A stretch of DNA of 50,546 nucleotides from a virus, in the UHGV virus genome UHGV-1368434; one strand, 5' to 3'. A program made the position numbers and the translations under genes. The notes below the pieces were generated by a model, which was not told the DNA's origin, searched no databases, and worked only from the letters and a program-made list of their open reading frames with translations. Below are positions 44,832 to 50,546 of this stretch, piece after piece. Every line of letters starts with the position of its first letter. Position 1 is the first letter of the stretch.

Positions 44832-47800
44832 ATGGCGGTTAATATGGGAACTGCTGTGGCATATTTGGAACTTGATTCAAGTAAGTTTCAAAAAGGGTTT
44901 AAATCCGCTTATAACGACCTAAAAGTTTTTGGGGATAATTCAGCCACAGCAGAACAAAAGTTTAAAGGACTTTCAAGTGCCTTTGCTACAGTTGGAAGTA
45001 CAATGTCAAGAAATGTAACATTGCCACTTACAGGAGTAGGAGCGGCGGCACTTAAAGCGGGAACAGATTTTGAAAGTGCTATGTCACAAGTTGCCGCAAC
45101 AATGGGAACAACAACAGATAAGATTCAAAACCTTTCAAAGTTCGCACAGCACATGGGTGCTACAACAGCGTTTAGCGCAACGCAAGCGGCAGAGGGATTA
45201 AATGTATTAGCGCAGAGTGGACTAACAGCAGAGGAGCAGATGCAAGCATTACCCGAAGTATTAAACCTTGCGGCGGCTGGTAATTTAAGTCTTGCTGATT
45301 CTTCAACATATGTTGTAGGTACTCTTAAGGGATTCGGCAAGGGAATGGACGAAGCAAAGCGTGTTACAGATTTAGTTGCAAAAGGAGCAACAATGGCGAA
45401 CACAGATGTTAGAGGATTAGGAACAGCACTTTCCTCTTCATCCGCAACAGCTAAGAGCTATGGACAGAATATGGACAGTGTAACATTAAGTTTGTTACGA
45501 TTAGCAGAACAAAACATAACAGGTGAAGAAGCGGCAACATCATTAAACAGAGCAATGATGGATTTGTATACACCTACAAGCACAGCCAAAAAAGCGTTGG
45601 ATGCTTTGGGAGTATCTGTGTATGATGCACAAGGCAATGCAAGAGATTTTAATGACGTTGTAGATGAATTAAATGGAAAACTAAGTGGAATGTCAGAAGA
45701 AGAACGAAACACATACAAGAACACCATATTCACAACATATGGATTGCAAGCGTTCAACAAAATGACAGTTTCATCAACAGAGAAAGTTAATGATTTTAAA
45801 GAGGGATTGAAAGATGCAAACGATTCAGCACTAAAACAAGCACAAACACAGCTTAATAATTTAAAGGGTGATATAACACTTTTTAAATCAGCATTAGAGG
45901 GTGCGGGAATTGTTATATCAAATGTATTAATACCAAACATAAGAAACTTTATTCAGTGGCTTACGAATCTTGTAACAAAGTTCAATGAATTGTCAGAAGA
46001 ACAACAGAATTTTATTGTAAAAGCGGGTCTTGTAATTGCCGCAATCGGTCCAGTTTTACTTATTCTATCAAAAGTGGCAAGCACAATAGGCACTATAATT
46101 ACAGCTGTTAAAACAGCAAGTGGAGTTATTGGAAGTGTAACAAAAACAATACAGCTTCTTAGTATGGGGCAATCTGAATTGATAGCAAGCATGGGTGGAA
46201 TACCAAGTGTTATAACAAAAATTGCAACGACCTTTAGTTCGGTAATAGCACCAATTTTAGTAGTTGTTGCAGTTATTGGAACATTGGTTGCAATGTTTGT
46301 TACATTGTGGAAAACAAATGAAGAGTTTAGAAATAACATAACAAATACATTCAATGAATTAAAGAAAGTGCTTTCAGATTTTGCGAATGAATTTGTAAGT
46401 AAGATAAATGAGTTAGGTTTTAACTTTGAAAGCATAACAGATGTGATTAAAACAGCATGGGAGACATTGTGTGATATATTTGCACCAGTATTTGAGGGTG
46501 CTTTTTCTACAGTTGTAGATATTATACAATTAGTGTTAAACAATGTTCTAAGTATAATGGATATATTCATTGGAATATTTACAGGAGATTTTGAACAAGT
46601 TGCAGATGGCATAAAAGGATTGTTTGACAATATAGTAGAAACATTCACAAGTATTGGAAGTACAATTCTAAGCACTATCGGAGATATAGGAGCGGAGATA
46701 TTAGAGAAGTTCGGACTTGATGAAGCGGCACAAAAGTTTCAAGAGTTTTTTGACAAAGTGTCTGATATTTTCAGCAGACTTCCAGAAATCATTTTGGGAG
46801 CGTTTGATAGTGTTAAGACATTCTTTACCGAAACAATTCCAGAGGTATTTAACAATGCAGTTGAAGCAATACAAGGTTTTGTTAATAATGTGATTAGTTT
46901 CTTTACCGAAACAATACCAAATGCATTTAATACTTTTGTGAATGAAACAATACCGAACACAATAAATGCGATTGTAACATGGTTCAGTGAATTGCCTTAT
47001 AAGATTGGTTATGTAATCGGTGAAATGTTAGGACATATATATTTGTTTGGTCAATCTTGTATTGAATGGGCAACAACGGAGTTGCCAGTGATAATTGAAA
47101 ATATTGTAACATGGTTTGCACAGCTACCAAGTAGGATATGGGAATGGTTGCTGAACACAATAAACAAAGTTATTGAGTGGGGTTCAAATATGTTACAAAT
47201 CGGAATAGAAGCCGCTTCAAACTTTTTAACGAATGTAGTACAGTGGTTTTCTCAACTACCAAGCAGAGTGTGGGCATGGTTATCAAATACATTGAGCAAA
47301 ATTATTTCATGGGGTTCACAGCTTGTACAAAGTGGAACAAGAACAGCTTCTAATTTTGTTTCAAGATTTATTTCATTTATGCAACAGTTACCTAGTAAGG
47401 TTTGGAGTATAGTATCACAGATACCTAGTAAAATATTTGCAATAGGCGGTCAGATGTACAGTGCTGGTAGAAATATTCTGTCACAGCTGTGGAATGGATT
47501 AAAGAGTATAGGAAACAGCATCCTCGGATGGGTAAGCGATTTTGCTGGGAAGATTGGAAGTTTTGTTAGTGGGATTGTTAGTGGATTCAAGAATGTTGTG
47601 AGTGGTGCAAATGAAGCAAAGTCAGCCGCAAGAAGTGTAAATGGTAAACATGCAAATGGTTTGGATTATGTACCTTTTAATGGATATGTAGCAGAGTTAC
47701 ATAAAGGAGAAAGGGTATTGACAAAACAGGAGAATGAAGAGTATAATGACAGTAAAGGTAAAAACAGTAATGGAGATACATTTAATTTTTACAATACAAA

Positions 47801-47867
47801 ACCAAACGCATATGAGTATGCAAGACAAATGAAGAAAGCAAAAAGGGAGTTACTGTTAGGATTTTAA
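44832..47867 (+). CDS. Tape measure protein
   Basis: 1011 aa. Helical, with central hydrophobic/TM segments and repeated WxxxLP..W motifs. Confidence 0.85.
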   Translation: MAVNMGTAVAYLELDSSKFQKGFKSAYNDLKVFGDNSATAEQKFKGLSSAFATVGSTMSRNVTLPLTGVGAAALKAGTDFESAMSQVAATMGTTTDKIQNLSKFAQHMGATTAFSATQAAEGLNVLAQSGLTAEEQMQALPEVLNLAAAGNLSLADSSTYVVGTLKGFGKGMDEAKRVTDLVAKGATMANTDVRGLGTALSSSSATAKSYGQNMDSVTLSLLRLAEQNITGEEAATSLNRAMMDLYTPTSTAKKALDALGVSVYDAQGNARDFNDVVDELNGKLSGMSEEERNTYKNTIFTTYGLQAFNKMTVSSTEKVNDFKEGLKDANDSALKQAQTQLNNLKGDITLFKSALEGAGIVISNVLIPNIRNFIQWLTNLVTKFNELSEEQQNFIVKAGLVIAAIGPVLLILSKVASTIGTIITAVKTASGVIGSVTKTIQLLSMGQSELIASMGGIPSVITKIATTFSSVIAPILVVVAVIGTLVAMFVTLWKTNEEFRNNITNTFNELKKVLSDFANEFVSKINELGFNFESITDVIKTAWETLCDIFAPVFEGAFSTVVDIIQLVLNNVLSIMDIFIGIFTGDFEQVADGIKGLFDNIVETFTSIGSTILSTIGDIGAEILEKFGLDEAAQKFQEFFDKVSDIFSRLPEIILGAFDSVKTFFTETIPEVFNNAVEAIQGFVNNVISFFTETIPNAFNTFVNETIPNTINAIVTWFSELPYKIGYVIGEMLGHIYLFGQSCIEWATTELPVIIENIVTWFAQLPSRIWEWLLNTINKVIEWGSNMLQIGIEAASNFLTNVVQWFSQLPSRVWAWLSNTLSKIISWGSQLVQSGTRTASNFVSRFISFMQQLPSKVWSIVSQIPSKIFAIGGQMYSAGRNILSQLWNGLKSIGNSILGWVSDFAGKIGSFVSGIVSGFKNVVSGANEAKSAARSVNGKHANGLDYVPFNGYVAELHKGERVLTKQENEEYNDSKGKNSNGDTFNFYNTKPNAYEYARQMKKAKRELLLGF

Positions 47868-47870
47868 AAG

Positions 47871-48815
47871 GTGGTGAAAACAATGGTCAAAAAAGTTACA
47901 CTAACAAATAGCGTAACAAAAGACAGTATTGTTATTGATTCAAAAGATGGTTATTATATCATTGATGAAATTGACTGGGATACGCCTAGCGTAGAAATGT
48001 CAGCATATAGAGTGCCTTATCAAATAGGGCAATCTTATGCTGGCTTAACAGTTGGAACAAGAAAACCAACTATAACAGGATATGTCGTTGCTAAGGATGT
48101 AGAACAGGCAAGCACGTGGGAACAATATTGGCAGAATTGTGAAACAGCAGTACAAGACAAAAAGGAAGAACTTGACAGAATTATTTCTATATATCAAGAA
48201 ATGGTTATAGAAGCAAATGGATTTTACTTAGATGCAAGACCAACAGCACCACCAAAATATTCAACAACATACAAAGAAAATAACGAAGTGCTATGTAAGT
48301 TTATTTTGGAGTTTGAATGTTTTAATCCAATGTTTTACAAAGAAACAAAAACAATTAATTTTTCTGTTCTTGAAAACAAGTTCAAGTTTCCATTAACAAT
48401 TCCAGAAACAAATGGGATTACAATGGGAGTAGAACATAGGCAGAAAATTGTTTTGTTTGAAAACAACGGTGATGTTCCAGTTGGCTGTATTATCAGAATG
48501 AAAGCGGTATCAGATACACTTATAACACAGCAAGTAAATAGTATAACAGAAGATGCAAAAATTATATTTTCTGATTTGAGCATGTCGGCTGGTGATGAAA
48601 TTGTTATAAATACTAACATTGGAGAAGAAAGTGTCAAACTACATACACAAAGTGGTGATGAAGTTTCTATTGTTGGAAATATGGAAGTTGGTTACAAACT
48701 ATTTAAAATTCTTATAGGGAAAAACTACTATTCATATGAAACACAGCCTAGTGATGGCGTTATGGATGTAACATTTGAGTATAGAGAACAATATTTTAAC
48801 ATAAGGGGGATGTAG
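47871..48815 (+). CDS. Distal tail protein (Dit)
   Basis: 314 aa, immediately after TMP. AAAGGTGGTG RBS. Confidence 0.6.
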   Translation: MVKTMVKKVTLTNSVTKDSIVIDSKDGYYIIDEIDWDTPSVEMSAYRVPYQIGQSYAGLTVGTRKPTITGYVVAKDVEQASTWEQYWQNCETAVQDKKEELDRIISIYQEMVIEANGFYLDARPTAPPKYSTTYKENNEVLCKFILEFECFNPMFYKETKTINFSVLENKFKFPLTIPETNGITMGVEHRQKIVLFENNGDVPVGCIIRMKAVSDTLITQQVNSITEDAKIIFSDLSMSAGDEIVINTNIGEESVKLHTQSGDEVSIVGNMEVGYKLFKILIGKNYYSYETQPSDGVMDVTFEYREQYFNIRGM

Positions 48816-48819
48816 AATT

Positions 48820-50400
48820 ATGGTAACAATATTGGATGATACAATGTGCATAGCTGACATTCTCCGAAAGTATGAATATTCACAGTATGAGTACAAAGCA
48901 AGAGAAATCGGAACATTTACAATTAATGCAATGCTTGACAAAGAAAATTTATATTTGATGGATAAAACAAAGAATTATTATGTTTTGTTTGACAATGATG
49001 TTTTCGGAGTCATTGAGTCAGTAAAGCGTGAAAGTGATAGTGAAACAAGCAAAGTATTCACGATAAAAGGTAGCCTTGCGTTAAAATTGTTAGAATACAG
49101 AGTAATTAAAGGACAGGTAACATTTAAAGGGAAAAGCTACAAATATATTGAAGAGTTGGTAAAACAAAACCTTATAATGTCAGATGATGAAAACAGAAAC
49201 ATTGCACTTGCAGTTGAGTTTGAAAATGAAGAAAGATTAAAACAGGTATGTAGTACAATAGATAAACAAGTGACAGGCGGTTCGTTATGGGATGAAATAA
49301 GCGAAGTCGCAGAAGCCGATAAACTAAGAATCGCATTAAGACCAAACGTTGTAGTTATTAATACAGAACATCCGCAGAATATTGATGGATGGACATTGAT
49401 AATTGGAGCTGGTGAAGATAGAACAAGGCATAGAGCAAACAAGGCGGTTAGTTCTGTTGTGTTTTCTCAATCATTAAGCAATATCGCAAATACTGATTAT
49501 ACAGTTGATAGAAGTAAGTTAAGAAATACAGTATATATTGCGGGAGAGGGAGAGGGAGCAGACAGAAAGTGGTACAACATAGATGTTAACTCAGATGTTA
49601 CTTTTGGAGAACGTAAAGGATGGAACAGGAAAGAGCTATGGGTTGATGCAAGAGACGTTCAAAGTGAACAAGACAGTAAAAAATTAACTGATGCAGAGTA
49701 TGAAGAACTGATGAAACAAAGGGCAGATGAAAAAGCCAAAGACAATGATTTGAGTGAAGAGTACACAGCAACAGTTACAGATATAACAAAACAGTACACA
49801 TATAAAAAAGATTATAACATTGGTGATTTTGTTACAGTAGCGGATGAAGAACTGGGAATGGAAATTGATGCACAGATTACAAACGTAACAGTAACAAGAC
49901 AAAATGATAGAGATATTGTTGACATAGAATTTACGTATGGGTCAAGAATTCAAGACGTAACAGACATTATACAAGATGTTATAAACAAAGTTCAAAACAA
50001 TTCAACAACAGTTAAATATTTAGAGAACAGAAGTGGTAAAACAGCAACACAAGTTTTTGAATACATTGTTGAAGAGGGCGAAAATGAAAACGGACATTAT
50101 AGGAAGTGGAGTTCTGGCTTGTTGGAACAATGGGTTTCGGACAAGCTAACAACAGCGGCAATAAATAATAAATATAACAGTTTATATCAAGGTATATTTT
50201 CATGGAAATTTCCTATACAGTTCTTAGAACAGCCAGAAATTATAATATGTTCAAAAGCGCAATATGGGAATGGTGCTTCGTGGGGAACTGTATATAATTG
50301 GTCAGTAAGCTTGGCAAATATAAGAGCCTTTGATATAGTTTCAAGGGAATCAGCAAATGAAATGAAGTTCGCAGCATATGCAAAAGGTAGATGGAAATAA
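48820..50400 (+). CDS. Tail-associated lysin / tail endopeptidase (Tal)
   Basis: 526 aa, following Dit. AAGGGGGG RBS. Confidence 0.55.
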   Translation: MVTILDDTMCIADILRKYEYSQYEYKAREIGTFTINAMLDKENLYLMDKTKNYYVLFDNDVFGVIESVKRESDSETSKVFTIKGSLALKLLEYRVIKGQVTFKGKSYKYIEELVKQNLIMSDDENRNIALAVEFENEERLKQVCSTIDKQVTGGSLWDEISEVAEADKLRIALRPNVVVINTEHPQNIDGWTLIIGAGEDRTRHRANKAVSSVVFSQSLSNIANTDYTVDRSKLRNTVYIAGEGEGADRKWYNIDVNSDVTFGERKGWNRKELWVDARDVQSEQDSKKLTDAEYEELMKQRADEKAKDNDLSEEYTATVTDITKQYTYKKDYNIGDFVTVADEELGMEIDAQITNVTVTRQNDRDIVDIEFTYGSRIQDVTDIIQDVINKVQNNSTTVKYLENRSGKTATQVFEYIVEEGENENGHYRKWSSGLLEQWVSDKLTTAAINNKYNSLYQGIFSWKFPIQFLEQPEIIICSKAQYGNGASWGTVYNWSVSLANIRAFDIVSRESANEMKFAAYAKGRWK

Positions 50401-50423
50401 AAAAAAGAAAGGAGTGATTTGTT

Positions 50424-50546
50424 ATGGCAGAAAGATATGGGGTTTTTAATGCGGTTGAAACAAGTAGCGGTGTGTATGACAGAACATATAATGCAGAAGA
50501 TTTTGCAAGCTATTTTTCAAAGTTTATCAACAATGGTGTGTTCGTT
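50424..50546 (+). CDS. BppU-like tail fibre / upper baseplate protein, N-terminus (3'-truncated at the window edge, continues at 1..588)
   Basis: AAAGGAGTG RBS. MAERYGVFNAVETSSGVYDRTYNAEDFASYFSKFINNGVFV matches the N-terminus of siphophage BppU-like fibre proteins. It is exactly 41 codons to the window end. Confidence 0.6.
   Translation, partial: MAERYGVFNAVETSSGVYDRTYNAEDFASYFSKFINNGVFV

Noticed and set aside
45953-46675. 240-aa minus-strand ORF inside the tape-measure gene (and others at 45125 and 45458)
   Set aside because: Antisense to the 1011-aa TMP, whose conserved repeats and placement make the + strand reading certain.
1-50546. CRISPR arrays, rRNA genes, integrase/attP, transposases
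   Set aside because: No regularly spaced direct repeats, no rRNA-like conserved stretches, and no tyrosine or serine recombinase motifs were seen on either strand.

Overview
This AT-rich 50.5-kb window is essentially one complete genome of a tailed (siphovirus-like) phage of a low-GC Gram-positive host, probably Bacillota/Clostridia-like. All supported genes lie on the + strand. The last ORF (50424..50546) and the first ORF (1..588) are the two halves of one BppU-like tail-fibre gene, joined seamlessly and in frame across the window ends, so the record is circular or circularly permuted.

Gene order, allowing for circularity:
- Packaging and lysis: TerL (29459..30838) with a free-standing HNH endonuclease, a pectate-lyase-type receptor-binding protein, then a holin and NlpC/P60 endolysin.
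- Head module: portal, Mu-F-like protein, two Zn-ribbon proteins, scaffold, major capsid, connector proteins.
- Tail module: major tail protein, chaperone with a possible +1 extension, tape measure, Dit, Tal, the BppU-like fibre and a Listeria-Bacteroides-repeat protein.
- Accessory region: a small sigma-70 region-4-like regulator and a cluster of low-complexity Q/N/G/Cys-rich proteins.
- Early region: many tiny genes, each behind a near-consensus TTGACA-17-TGnTATAAT promoter.
- Replication: CHC2/Toprim primase, a gp32-like SSB, and a short DnaE-type polymerase split by an ~824-nt group I intron that carries an HNH homing endonuclease.
- Recombination and anti-restriction: a RecA-like ATPase, a Cas4-like Fe-S PD-(D/E)XK nuclease, an HsdM-like methyltransferase homologue with the catalytic NPPF replaced by TPIW, a RuvC-like resolvase, a Lar-like protein, an Hjc-like nuclease and RNase HI.
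- Also present: a ParB-like nuclease next to a GT-A-like glycosyltransferase, a tRNA-Gln(UUG) and a tRNA(CAU).

No integrase or repressor, no CRISPR array and no rRNA was found. All minus-strand ORFs in the track look like antisense artefacts. Functional calls rest on motif recognition by eye, because no database search was possible.
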